Shown here piece by piece: positions 40,516 through 50,470 of a stretch of DNA of 64,000 bases; within the stretch, counting starts at the first letter, position 1; each line of letters opens with the position of its first letter. The stretch is taken from assembly GCA_049515895.1 (NCBI GenBank), contig JBEKTQ010000005.1:82207-146206 (forward strand). The letters are read 5' to 3'. Made by a program: the position numbers and the translations under genes. The stretch comes from Candidatus Bathyarchaeia archaeon (GTDB taxonomy: Archaea > Thermoproteota > Bathyarchaeia > Bathyarchaeales > Bathycorpusculaceae). The notes below the pieces were generated by a model, which saw only the letters and a list, made by a program, of their open reading frames with translations, did no database searches and was not told the DNA's origin.

Positions 40516-41211
40516 TTGAAGCAAACCAAAAAAATCATCAACCAGGCCAAAAAGGAAGGCAGAAAAGCACTTCTCGAACCCGAAGCCAAACTAATCCTCA
40601 TAGATTACGGCATCCCAGTAACCAAATTCAAGGTCGCCTCAAACGAAACTCAAGCCGCAGAATACGCCAACGAAATCGGCTACCCCGTAGTATTGAAGAT
40701 TGTTTCGCCTGACATCATCCACAAATCCGACGTCGGCGGCGTCATGGTCAACCTAAAAAACGCCTCGGACGTTCAGAAAGCTTACGGAAAAATCTTGGAA
40801 AACGTCAAGAAATACAATGCGAACGCGAAAATCGTCGGTGTCCTTGTACAGGAGATGGCTCCTCAGTCAACTGAAACCATTGTAGGCGCAATTAAGGATC
40901 CCCAGTTTGGGCAAACAATCATGTTCGGCCTCGGAGGAATATTTGTCGAGCTCCTCAAAGACGTGAACTTCAGAATCGCCCCGATAACCAAGGATGACGC
41001 GAAAGAAATGATCACCCAGCTTAAAGCTTACCCGCTTCTGAAAGGCTTCCGCAACTCGCCGCCCGCAGACATCGACGCCTTGATCAGCATACTCTTAAGC
41101 ACCTCGCGCCTTGTGATGGAGAACCCCGAAATCAAAGAGTTAGACCTCAACCCCGTGCTTGCCTACCAGACCGGGGCAAAAACCGTCGACGCAAGAATAA
41201 TACTCGAATAA
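40516..41211 (+). CDS. ADP-forming acetate/acyl-CoA ligase beta subunit (ATP-grasp)
   Basis: LLEPEAK, GYPVVLKIVSPDIIHKSDVGGV, DPQFGQTIMFGLGG and LDLNPV motifs. Confidence 0.92.
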   Translation: MKQTKKIINQAKKEGRKALLEPEAKLILIDYGIPVTKFKVASNETQAAEYANEIGYPVVLKIVSPDIIHKSDVGGVMVNLKNASDVQKAYGKILENVKKYNANAKIVGVLVQEMAPQSTETIVGAIKDPQFGQTIMFGLGGIFVELLKDVNFRIAPITKDDAKEMITQLKAYPLLKGFRNSPPADIDALISILLSTSRLVMENPEIKELDLNPVLAYQTGAKTVDARIILE

Positions 41212-41265
41212 AATCGTCCTTTTTTCTTTTCCCGCAAAACAAAGCGACCAAAATGAGAAGGAAGT

Positions 41266-42906
41266 TTAAACGGCAGGCAGCTTTCGCTTCTGACTGACTG
41301 GCTTCTTTCTAGGGATAAGCAGGTATCCTGACGCTAAAACAATAATTACTGAAGCAGAGACGCCTACAACCGTCAGGGTAGGGAACGGCGCTATGTTAAA
41401 GTAAACCGTTCTTGAATTTGCAATATCGTATGCGCCGATGACATAGATTGTTACGTGGTGTGAACCGTTCGTTAACGCTGCCAAAGTCACGTTTCCATCT
41501 ATTGTTACGTTTTTTTCTCCGTCTAAACTGTAAGCTAAGTAAGTGGCGTTCTGATTCAGAGCGAAAGTTAACTGTAGATCTGTGGAGCCGTAAGACTGGT
41601 TCAGCGGCATAAGCATCGTGATGTCGGGGGGAAGGGAATCGACAGAGAAGAAAACTCTGTTTGAACTGCCCATGTTGCCGGCGCTGTCGTTCGCGTAAAG
41701 GATTATGTTGTGCTGTCCTTGAGTAAGGTTGAACAATTCGGTTTCGCCGTTTACCGTTAGGTTTGCTTTGTTGTCTAAACTGTACCCGACCCACGATGTG
41801 TCCCTGTTAACTGTGTAGCTCAGTGTTACCTTGGAGTAGGTTTCGTTGCCTGGTGAGTCGATCTGTATCATCGGCGGAGTGGTTCCGTAATCCACAGGCG
41901 TGTATTGCTCAGCGGTGTTAAGCCAGTTTGTGCCATCAAACCCGCCGATTGCGTATAAAACGTCGTTTACGACGGCGACACCCAAGTATGCTCGAGCGGC
42001 AGGCATAGAAGCGCCGTTGCTCCACGAATTGTTGACTGCATTGTACACTTGAACAATGTTGCTGAAGGAGTTGGTGTTAAATCCTCCGATGCAATACAGC
42101 AGGGAAGGCGCCATGAAGCCAGTAGTCGCGGCGGCAGAGGCGAAGGTGGCGTCAGTAGGCAAGTTTGCGCCTAAGCCCCAACTGTTGCTTTGAGGATCGT
42201 ACACTTGGTTGGAATTGACAAAGTCACCCGTTCCAGCGGTCCCAGGGCTCTTGGAGCCTCCGATGATGTGGATTTTGCCGTTGATTGCTGCTGAGGCGTA
42301 GCCATAAACAGGCAAAGGCATGGCTGCTGCAGTGCTCCAAGTGTTGGCGGATGGGTCATAAACCTCTGTAATGTTAGTCTCGACGTTATACGGGCTTTTG
42401 CTTGAATATCCCATTCCGCCTACCAGGTAAATTTTGCCATTCACCACATTTGCACTCAAGTCAGCTCTAGGAGTAGGCATGGAAGCCTCTGTTTGCCAAG
42501 TATCCGTTGAGGGATCATAAACTTCGTTGTTTCCAACGTACTCGTTTGTGCCCCCGCTGGTCCCTATTGTCCCGCCGATACAGTAAATCTTGTCGTTGAA
42601 AACGGCAACCGCGAAGCCACTTCTAGCCGTCGGCATAGGCGAATCAGTTGTCCACGCGTTTAAAGCTGGAGTAAACTCTTCGTTAACGCTAAGCGCTGTA
42701 TTGCCACTTAACCCTCCGATTGCATAGATTTTTCCGTTGACAGCCGCAACGCCTAATCCGCCTCGAGCAGTCGGCATAGAAGAGAGCGAAGCCCATGAAT
42801 TTTGGTTTTGACTTGATTGGGCCTTCGATTGCGGTAAATCGAACGCTGGCAAAACCATTAGTGCAATAATAAGCATCACTAATGAAATTTTTACATGCTT
42901 ATTTAT
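41266..42906 (-). CDS. Kelch-repeat surface protein with Ig-like repeats and C-terminal PFPT-TM-basic anchor
   Basis: Six MPTAR...GKIYAIGG..YDP..W kelch blades and YSLD repeats. Start uncertain (GTG 42879 or ATA 42906). Confidence 0.85.
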   Translation of the reverse strand: MNKHVKISLVMLIIALMVLPAFDLPQSKAQSSQNQNSWASLSSMPTARGGLGVAAVNGKIYAIGGLSGNTALSVNEEFTPALNAWTTDSPMPTARSGFAVAVFNDKIYCIGGTIGTSGGTNEYVGNNEVYDPSTDTWQTEASMPTPRADLSANVVNGKIYLVGGMGYSSKSPYNVETNITEVYDPSANTWSTAAAMPLPVYGYASAAINGKIHIIGGSKSPGTAGTGDFVNSNQVYDPQSNSWGLGANLPTDATFASAAATTGFMAPSLLYCIGGFNTNSFSNIVQVYNAVNNSWSNGASMPAARAYLGVAVVNDVLYAIGGFDGTNWLNTAEQYTPVDYGTTPPMIQIDSPGNETYSKVTLSYTVNRDTSWVGYSLDNKANLTVNGETELFNLTQGQHNIILYANDSAGNMGSSNRVFFSVDSLPPDITMLMPLNQSYGSTDLQLTFALNQNATYLAYSLDGEKNVTIDGNVTLAALTNGSHHVTIYVIGAYDIANSRTVYFNIAPFPTLTVVGVSASVIIVLASGYLLIPRKKPVSQKRKLPAV

Positions 42907-43083
42907 TGGTACCCCACCGCACGCTATTCACGTATTAATTAGCACTTTACACTTATAATGTTTAAAGAAATCGGTGGCAACAACCAAAAATCTTCTCAGA
43001 ATCATGTGTTCAAGTCGCGAGGCAAGCGAACGCACGGCAAAATTTTAAAAGATATTCGTACCATATGTTATTTGAGGAAAAAA

Positions 43084-43278
43084 ATGGTAACAATGAAAGC
43101 TTTTGCAGGCGCTGAACTAGGGCTGGGCATCTTGATTGTACTCATCTCTTTAGCGTGGTGCTACGTCATCCCTAAGGAAAGCATAACCTACCTATACTGG
43201 GCAGTAATTGGGCTGGGCGTAATTGTTATAATTGTGGCAGCAGCAGCGTTAGCGACAAAAACTAAACACCAAATGTAA
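43084..43278 (+). CDS. Small two-TM membrane protein
   Basis: MVTMKAFAGAELGLGILIVLISLAW...YWAVIGLGVIVIIVAAAALA; followed by a T-rich terminator. Confidence 0.6.
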   Translation: MVTMKAFAGAELGLGILIVLISLAWCYVIPKESITYLYWAVIGLGVIVIIVAAAALATKTKHQM

Positions 43279-43780
43279 AAAATTCCTCTTTTTTCTTTTT
43301 TGCGTGTTGTTGTTGTATTGTGTAGTCTTGTGTTGTTGTGGGTGTGCCTAAGAGTTAGTAGTACAGTAAGAGTAAAAGAAGTCAGAGTTAGCAATTAGCA
43401 CAGAGAGAGAAAGATTAAATTTTAACGCACACACACATATTTTTTTTCAGACTGGTAACGCAATCAAAACTTTGCTTCGTCGAGAAACTTTGACCTTTTC
43501 TCACAGGTGGGTGTTACCCAACCCTCTTTTTGTTAGGTTAAGAAACTTCACGCCAATAGGAGTTGGCTAACTAATTTTGAAAGAAACAGAAGATGAACTT
43601 TCCAAAGACCCACATGCACTCTTCGTTATGAAATCGTCGCATAGAGCGTTTAACTGCTCAAATCAATGCCTAAATCCTATTTTCACGTGCTGTTCTTCTT
43701 GAGAACAGAGTTGGAACAGTTTTGTTCTTGGGGGAGTATTATTAGGCGCTCTGGCTAATAGGTGAGCGGTGAAAAACCAA

Positions 43781-44620
43781 ATGGTCGAAAAAAAAGTAAT
43801 ACTATGTGCAGTACTCGCCATAGCAATCGGAATCGCAACAATCATACCGATGGAATATCTGATGTCTGCCCAAGCGCAAGAAGCCACTCAAACTGGACAA
43901 GCCCAGGCTAAAGCGCAAGCCCAAGCCACCGCTCAAGCAACATACGATCCATGGTTCCAAATCAATGTCCCTTATATTTACGTTAATCTTGACCAAAGCG
44001 GCGGAAACACCACAGCCACATGGGATGGCGTTTTAATTCAGGGAGTCGCAAACTTTACCTTTGCCCCCGAAGCTCTTGCCCTCAACAACACCGATGCCAG
44101 AATAGAGTTCTACCAGTTCCAAGTCTCATCTGAAAACGGACCAATCCTGAACATGACCTACAGCATAGCAGTAAGCAAAACAGAGTATAACGTCCCCGGA
44201 ATCCCAGGCGGCATGTACTCAGCAATCACTGGCTCAGGAGACAACACTTTCGATTTCGCTGACGGAACCATCTACAAAGCACCAATCACCGGAGATTGCA
44301 TGGGAGGCACAGTCCTCGACGACAGCCCAGAAACACCTATCGCAAACTACACCTGCACAGTTCTAAGCGACTACATTGCCAGCGACAACGGAAACAACGC
44401 TCTACAGACAATAGCTGAACTGAGAAGCGCCCAAACACTATACATCGACGTTACAAGAACCATCTCGGTTGCATTTGAAGGCAACGCAACCACAGCCACT
44501 ACGACCACAATGTCAAGCAACCAAATCCTGCAGCATATAGAATTGACGAAAATCAACAGTGGCTTCGTGTATGGAACCGATGTACAAGGTTCAGTCCCAT
44601 TCCCAATAGAAACCCCATAG
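43781..44620 (+). CDS. Membrane-anchored extracellular protein of unknown function
   Basis: MVEKKVILCAVLAIAIGIATIIP anchor; ARIEFYQFQVSS; GGTGA ribosome-binding site. Confidence 0.75.
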   Translation: MVEKKVILCAVLAIAIGIATIIPMEYLMSAQAQEATQTGQAQAKAQAQATAQATYDPWFQINVPYIYVNLDQSGGNTTATWDGVLIQGVANFTFAPEALALNNTDARIEFYQFQVSSENGPILNMTYSIAVSKTEYNVPGIPGGMYSAITGSGDNTFDFADGTIYKAPITGDCMGGTVLDDSPETPIANYTCTVLSDYIASDNGNNALQTIAELRSAQTLYIDVTRTISVAFEGNATTATTTTMSSNQILQHIELTKINSGFVYGTDVQGSVPFPIETP

Positions 44621-44629
44621 GTGCATAAC

Positions 44630-45094
44630 GTGGCTAACGACGAACTCGAAGGCAACACATTAACCATCTACGCGTACGTTGTTCACGCAGCTAAACCAGT
44701 GGGAACAAGAGACGTCACAAGAGGCGCAAACCCTAGCAGCACAAGCGTTGCATCCAGGCATCTGCAGAAACTTGAGGACATGGGCTTAATCGAAAAAAAC
44801 AGTTATGGCGATTACATCCTAAAGGAGAAAACAAACATCAACGGGCACGTGTGGGTTGGCCGAAACCTCGTGCCACGGTTGATGTTCTACTCCTTCTTTT
44901 TTCTCGGAGCTTTTGCAGCCGAGATAACAATAATACTGCTCAGCGCTCTAATAAAGGGCTTTGTGGTTCAAGTCAGCTTCTGCTTTTTAACAGGCATGAC
45001 TGGAGTAGCCATGGCTCTCTTCTTACTTGAGGGAATCGCATTGTACCGGAAGCTTAACCCAAAGCATGTTGAACGGGGTGACAAAGTTGGGTAA
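44630..45094 (+). CDS. Winged-HTH transcriptional regulator with two C-terminal TM helices
   Basis: LEGNTLTIYAYV..PVGTRDVTRG..SSTSVASRHLQKLEDMGLIEK followed by two hydrophobic helices. Confidence 0.78.
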   Translation: MANDELEGNTLTIYAYVVHAAKPVGTRDVTRGANPSSTSVASRHLQKLEDMGLIEKNSYGDYILKEKTNINGHVWVGRNLVPRLMFYSFFFLGAFAAEITIILLSALIKGFVVQVSFCFLTGMTGVAMALFLLEGIALYRKLNPKHVERGDKVG

Positions 45095-45230
45095 CAAAGA
45101 AATACTTGCCGCGTTAGAGTCAGCCTTAAACACGCAGACTCAATACGGCTTATCTGTGGAGTTTGACACTGAAGGCAATCTGGTGATGAAAGTTGCCCTA
45201 GTAATCAAGGCTAAATTAGTCGAGCAGTAG
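45087..45230 (+). CDS. Small hypothetical protein (47 aa)
   Basis: TTG start behind GGGGTGA; overlaps the stop of the previous gene. Confidence 0.45.
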   Translation: MGNKEILAALESALNTQTQYGLSVEFDTEGNLVMKVALVIKAKLVEQ

Positions 45231-45598
45231 AAGAGATGCATGACATCAACAAACGTTTAGCTTTATCTTCCTTTACCATACCCTTTTCTCTTAACTGACG
45301 ATATACTGCCTCTTCTTCTTCTCTTTTAGGCTTGACAGTTTGACTACTGAGAATAATTAAGCTGAGAAAAGCCGTAAATCAACTGTGTGTGTGCATTAAA
45401 TTTTAATCTTTCTCTCTCTGTTTTTCTCGGTTAATTTTAGTTAATATTCTAGGTGCGCCACGTAAATGCGCGCAAAGCAAGTACTCAACTGTAATAGCTA
45501 GAAAAGGACTCTCTTAAGATAAAAATTATCGATCGTTATCCACGATACCAATCTGGGGTTTGGCGCCAATCTGGTCCTTCCTTAATACTGTTTGTAAT

Positions 45599-46501
45599 TT
45601 ATTGTGCGCTATTGGTGGTTTTTTCGGTTTCAATCTCACATATTCTTTCGTTCATGCCTGTTGTATCATGCCACAATTCTTCAAAGAGGGCTTTGAGTGT
45701 GCAGACAAACGCCTCACTGTTGGTCCATAAACCTGTTTCCTGTCGGCTGGTTAAGGCTGAATCTCCATCCAGCGTTATGAAGAAAAAGGCTTCTTCCTCA
45801 TCTATTATATAGAAATGGGGGTAAAGTTTTAGAGACGAGTTTATGTCGCGTAACTCGATGTTTAGATGCTTCTCGGAAATCCTTTTTCGGATTTGTCTTA
45901 TTATGTTGATGTTTTCTTTTGAGATTTGGGTGAGGACTCTAGCGCTTGCTGGTATCATGTCCCCTTTTTCCATAGCTTGGATGATCTCTGCTTTGACAAG
46001 TCCTGGTTTGATGATTCCTGCTTGTTCTGCTTGAATTACGCCGCGGTTGGTGGTTACTACTAAAAGTTCTCTCTTCCGTTCCTCGATCATCTGTAAAACT
46101 CTGGAGTATATGTTCTTCCTTCCTTCGATGACTGCGAACTTTTCTACGGGAAGCGCGGATTTTTGTAGATTACTAGATCTCCATTGAGTTAAGAGAGCGT
46201 TCTTATTGTCCTCAAGGAAGCTAAGATCATCCCTCTTGGTTTTGATAAGCAGTTCTAGAAGTTTCTCAAAGGGAACAGCAGCGTAGCGTGTCGGCTTTTC
46301 TAGGGTTAAATCCACAATGCCTCTACTCTCTAGGTTCTTTAGGACGCGATATACCTGCGCCTTGTGTATACTAAGGTTTCTGGATATGCCGTATGCTCTT
46401 TGAGCGCCGTTCTTAGCGAGAAAAACGTAAACTTTCGATTCATTTTCTGTTAATTTGATATCTCTAAGGACGCTGAAGATGGTTTTTTCGCTCAAAGACA
46501 T
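45599..46501 (-). CDS. TrmB family transcriptional regulator
   Basis: LTENESKVYVFL, VYRVLKNLESRGIV, EKPTRYAAVP; C-terminal PLD-like effector domain ending LFEELW. Confidence 0.88.
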   Translation of the reverse strand: MSLSEKTIFSVLRDIKLTENESKVYVFLAKNGAQRAYGISRNLSIHKAQVYRVLKNLESRGIVDLTLEKPTRYAAVPFEKLLELLIKTKRDDLSFLEDNKNALLTQWRSSNLQKSALPVEKFAVIEGRKNIYSRVLQMIEERKRELLVVTTNRGVIQAEQAGIIKPGLVKAEIIQAMEKGDMIPASARVLTQISKENINIIRQIRKRISEKHLNIELRDINSSLKLYPHFYIIDEEEAFFFITLDGDSALTSRQETGLWTNSEAFVCTLKALFEELWHDTTGMNERICEIETEKTTNSAQ

Positions 46502-46517
46502 CGTTTCCGTTGCAATT

Positions 46518-46536
46518 AGTCACAACTTGTGTGACT
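46518..46536. promoter_or_regulatory. Palindromic operator candidate between divergent trmB and propeller 3
   Basis: AGTCACA-acttg-TGTGACT just before the BRE/TATA-like aaagcttataa; an extra half-site tagtcac at about 46560. Confidence 0.55.
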
Positions 46537-46600
46537 GAACAAAGCTTATAACTTTTTCTTAGTCACTCAGATTCTGGATATCAAAAAAAGGAGAATAAAA

Positions 46601-49324
46601 ATGAAGAATTTTTCAACAAGTAAAACCGCAGCTATTTTGATTTCACTGTTTATGATATTTGCAATGGGAGAAGCATTTACGACGGTGCATGGTGCAATTA
46701 CCATTCCAACAATCGCGTTCTGCAACGTTGCCCCCAGCCCTGATGGTATAGGGCAGCAAGTCACCGTGAACTTCTGGCTCGCCACACCAATACCCGGAGG
46801 CGTATTTGCGACAAACATGATGGTCGTTGTAACCTTACCCGGTGGAACCACTCAATCACTTGGTAACTTCACTTCAGACTACACGGGCGGCACATACACT
46901 CATTATATCCCAAGCGCAATTGGTAACTACAGTTTCCAAATGTTCTACGGAGGACAAAAACTCACAGGATTCGGCGAAAATGGATACGACCCCACTTTTG
47001 CAGGAGACTCCATGGGATCCAGCACAAGCAACGTAGCTACACTCGTTGTTCAGCAACAGCCGGCAGGCGGCATCCCGACTACTCCGCTTCCAAGCTCATG
47101 GTGGCAGACACCAGTCAACTCAAACAACGTCCAAACCTGGTACAGCATCACCGGACCTTGGCTCGGATTAGCCGCTAACGCTTTCGGCTCAACAGGCGCA
47201 TACAATGACTCTGGCAGCGAAAACCCATACACTATGGGTCCAGTCACAGGGCACATCCTGTGGACAGAGCCGTGGTGTGTAGGCGGTGTCGCAGGCGGCG
47301 ACGCAGGCGGAAACGAACAATCAGGCAGCTACTGGACAACCTCGCAGTACGAACCGAAATGGAACCCAGTAGTAATCGACGGCATAGAATACTCAACCTG
47401 GTACACAACAACCACATCCTACAGTAACGGCATAGTCGCAACAAACCTTTACAACGGACAAACAATGTGGACACTCAACACAGATAACTCACTGGTCGGC
47501 GGCATGCAACCGATCTATGAAACACCAAACCAGTACGGTGTAGTCGGACCATACATCATAACAACCGGACCTCTACCAGGAGTCAATGACAAAATCGATC
47601 CGTTCGTTGGACCAGAAGGCGAATACAACCTTTATGATGCATTAACAGGCAAGTATGTCTGCAGCATTGTCAACGGCACCACGCCAGGCGCTGGTTTCGC
47701 AGGCGGCTTCATGACGGTGGACAGCTATGGCAACTGGGTAGGCTACTACACTAACTATACCTACAGTCCTAACGGAAAACCTAATTCGCTTTATGCCGTA
47801 ACAGAGCATCTACCATCAGGCGATGTCCGAGAGAACCTTACAGGACCCACTCTTTGTGCATGGAACATGACAATGGCACTAGGCGAAACCGAAGCGGCAG
47901 GTGGATGGGGTATATCCGCGGGCTCTGTATTCGACTTTGACGACGGATTAATGTGGGCTGCACAAACGATACCTGCAACACTTAACGGCGTTAGCCTTAT
48001 CAGTATGAGCTTCTTTGGTCTATCCGGACTTAACGGCGGAGGATTAAGCGAGGGACAAATCGCAAGCAATGTCATCGTATTAACCACAGGATTCGGAGTA
48101 ACTAGCGTTGGAGACACAGCAGGATGGGCAGTATCAGCAGGCTTCAGCCAAACAAACGGACAACTCTTATGGATATACAACCGAACATACACGCCATACA
48201 CAAGAATCAGTGAAAACTTCGTTGACCTCGCCGGAGACGGAGCCTACGTCGAATGCGACGAAAACACATTCCAAACCACAGGCTACTCTCTATTCACAGG
48301 CCAACAACTATGGCAAATAACCCTAACCGGCCCGAACGGCGGTCCTCCAAACTCCTATGACGACTTCGGCATACAAGACGTCGTTGACTCAACAACAGGC
48401 GTAATCTACCTCTGGGGCTTAGGCGGAGACATCTGGGCAATCAACATCAACACCGGGAAAATGTTGTGGCAAACATCAACAACGCTGCTCCAGGGCTCAC
48501 CTGGAACTGAAACTCCATACGGCATATGGCCAATATGGGTGCAATTCGGAGGAATAATGGCTGGCGGAAACAACGTATTATACCTCTTTGAAGGACACGA
48601 ATACAGTCCACCGCTATTCCACGGAGCGCAGGTTCTAGCCTTGAACGGAACCACGGGACAGCTAATATGGAAAGAACTGGACTTTGCAGATACAGGGGCA
48701 GAAGTCTCGTACAACATAATGACCGCATACAACTCCTATGACGGCCAAATTTACGCATACGGACAGGGACCAAGCAAAACAATCGTTAGCGTACCTGACC
48801 CTATTACAGCAGTTGGCTCCAAAGTCATGATTGAGGGCCGAGTCACCGACGTCTCAGCAGGCGCATCACAACAAGCAGTCGCATCAAACTTCCCCAACGG
48901 TTTACCATGCGTATCTGACGCGAGCATGTCACAGTTCATGGAAGCCGTTTACGAGCAGCAACCAACGCCACATGCAACAGGAGTTCCAGTCGTATTATCC
49001 GTATTAGATAGCAACAACAACTATAGAACAATCGGAACTACAACCACGAACGGTTTAGGCGACTATACATTTACATGGACACCTGACATACCCGGAAACT
49101 ATACTGTATACGCCACTTTCGCAGGCACAGGAGCGTACTATGGGTCTTCTGCTTCCACAGGATTATATGCCAACGCTGCAGCACCTACACCAGTACCGAC
49201 AGCAACCCCACTTAGCGGAATAGCAACCCAATCAACAGTCGAATACATAGGCATCGCAATCATCATCGTGATAATCATAGGAATCGCTGTAATCGCACTT
49301 CTCGTCACAAGAAAACACGCATAA
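46601..49324 (+). CDS. Large PQQ-binding-like beta-propeller surface protein (paralog 3)
   Basis: Same architecture: PWLG, HILWTEP..GG, AININTGKMLW, GLPCVSDASM, WTPDIPG, TM and RKHA. Confidence 0.87.
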   Translation: MKNFSTSKTAAILISLFMIFAMGEAFTTVHGAITIPTIAFCNVAPSPDGIGQQVTVNFWLATPIPGGVFATNMMVVVTLPGGTTQSLGNFTSDYTGGTYTHYIPSAIGNYSFQMFYGGQKLTGFGENGYDPTFAGDSMGSSTSNVATLVVQQQPAGGIPTTPLPSSWWQTPVNSNNVQTWYSITGPWLGLAANAFGSTGAYNDSGSENPYTMGPVTGHILWTEPWCVGGVAGGDAGGNEQSGSYWTTSQYEPKWNPVVIDGIEYSTWYTTTTSYSNGIVATNLYNGQTMWTLNTDNSLVGGMQPIYETPNQYGVVGPYIITTGPLPGVNDKIDPFVGPEGEYNLYDALTGKYVCSIVNGTTPGAGFAGGFMTVDSYGNWVGYYTNYTYSPNGKPNSLYAVTEHLPSGDVRENLTGPTLCAWNMTMALGETEAAGGWGISAGSVFDFDDGLMWAAQTIPATLNGVSLISMSFFGLSGLNGGGLSEGQIASNVIVLTTGFGVTSVGDTAGWAVSAGFSQTNGQLLWIYNRTYTPYTRISENFVDLAGDGAYVECDENTFQTTGYSLFTGQQLWQITLTGPNGGPPNSYDDFGIQDVVDSTTGVIYLWGLGGDIWAININTGKMLWQTSTTLLQGSPGTETPYGIWPIWVQFGGIMAGGNNVLYLFEGHEYSPPLFHGAQVLALNGTTGQLIWKELDFADTGAEVSYNIMTAYNSYDGQIYAYGQGPSKTIVSVPDPITAVGSKVMIEGRVTDVSAGASQQAVASNFPNGLPCVSDASMSQFMEAVYEQQPTPHATGVPVVLSVLDSNNNYRTIGTTTTNGLGDYTFTWTPDIPGNYTVYATFAGTGAYYGSSASTGLYANAAAPTPVPTATPLSGIATQSTVEYIGIAIIIVIIIGIAVIALLVTRKHA

Positions 49325-49867
49325 ACCAAAGAATCTAAACAAAAACCCCTTTTTCTTTTTTTGTTTCTCAAGTTTTGATTTTAGGATTTAGAATTACATC
49401 AAGGCCCCAAATGTAGCACACGCATCCTACACAGCGCCGCAGGACACTAAGAAATCGCAAAAAGCAAAACCCACTGAATACACTCCTCCTTCTAAAACAG
49501 TTTAGATAACGTGAAGAGAGGCGGTCAGTTTGTTTTTTGTGAGGAGTTGTGCGTGATGGAAACGCCGCAAATTTTTCTTGGGTTTGGGGAACAAATTTCA
49601 ATCATGATATGTACGTTTTTTCGATGATTCAATGGCACAATATTTGTGATACAATTATGAAAGTGTTGTAATATGATAACACAGTGACATCGTCAACAGA
49701 GTGATTTAAGGGAGCCGCAAAACTGTTATTATTTACCTCGCACTTCATTTGTCGATTCGGGGTGGACAAACCTTTTTTGTTTTTGATATGTTACGGTTTA
49801 GGAAATATGGCTTATAGGCTTAAAATCCGTGTGTTTCTTACTGCTTACAGCGAGGGGAGAAGGTAGC

Positions 49868-50131
49868 GTGCGGAAACGCGGCTGGGGAACGATTACGATA
49901 GATATCTTAGAGGCAACATTGACTCCTCAGAAAAAAATGAGAATAATGTACAAGGCTAATTTGAATTACGCACGTTTCAACAAATATTTTTGTGATTTCC
50001 TAAAGAAAGGCTTCATCGAGGGAACTACCGATCCTGAAGGAAAAGAGTGCTACCGTATTTCTCAACGAGGTAAGACACTTTTGGCGGTACTCAAGAAAGC
50101 GAATGAACTTGCTCTTTCCGACGAACTATAA
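49868..50131 (+). CDS. Winged HTH protein (HTH_45-like)
   Basis: RKRG..I..DILE...KMRIMYKANLNY..F.KY...L...GFI...Y.IS.RG pattern. Confidence 0.85.
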   Translation: MRKRGWGTITIDILEATLTPQKKMRIMYKANLNYARFNKYFCDFLKKGFIEGTTDPEGKECYRISQRGKTLLAVLKKANELALSDEL

Positions 50132-50263
50132 GCGTTTTTGGTCATTTCTTAAATTTTATTGTTGATGTAAAGGTATCTCTGGTTCGATTTTGCTGATGTT
50201 GCATATTTGAGTTGACTGGACTTGGCGGCTTTTTCAGTTGGGATGGATGGTTTGTGCGTGGGT

Positions 50264-50470
50264 TCAGTTTTCGTCTGGAAATGCATCTTGCCATTCGGCT
50301 TTGATTTTGATTCTTTGAGTTTTGTCTTCGTATGAGATAATGCCCTGTTGGGTCAGGAACAGCATGAATTCGGTTAGCTCGCTTGTTTGCACTTCGATTT
50401 GGTCCGATATGTCAGTTAAGTCATGCCATTCTCCGTCTTTGAGGATGGCGAAGAGTTTTTCAATCGTCAA
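50264..50470 (-). CDS. Small wHTH-like hypothetical protein
   Basis: ILKDGEWHDLTDIS...FLTQQGII pattern. Confidence 0.6.
   Translation of the reverse strand: MTIEKLFAILKDGEWHDLTDISDQIEVQTSELTEFMLFLTQQGIISYEDKTQRIKIKAEWQDAFPDEN

Larger units (their letters stand above)
43400..45421. repeat. 38-bp inverted repeat pair (43400-43437 / 45384-45421), 36/38 identical
   Basis: acagagagagaaagattaaattttaacgcacacacaca versus the reverse complement of tgtgtgtgtgcattaaattttaatctttctctctctgt. Confidence 0.9.
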
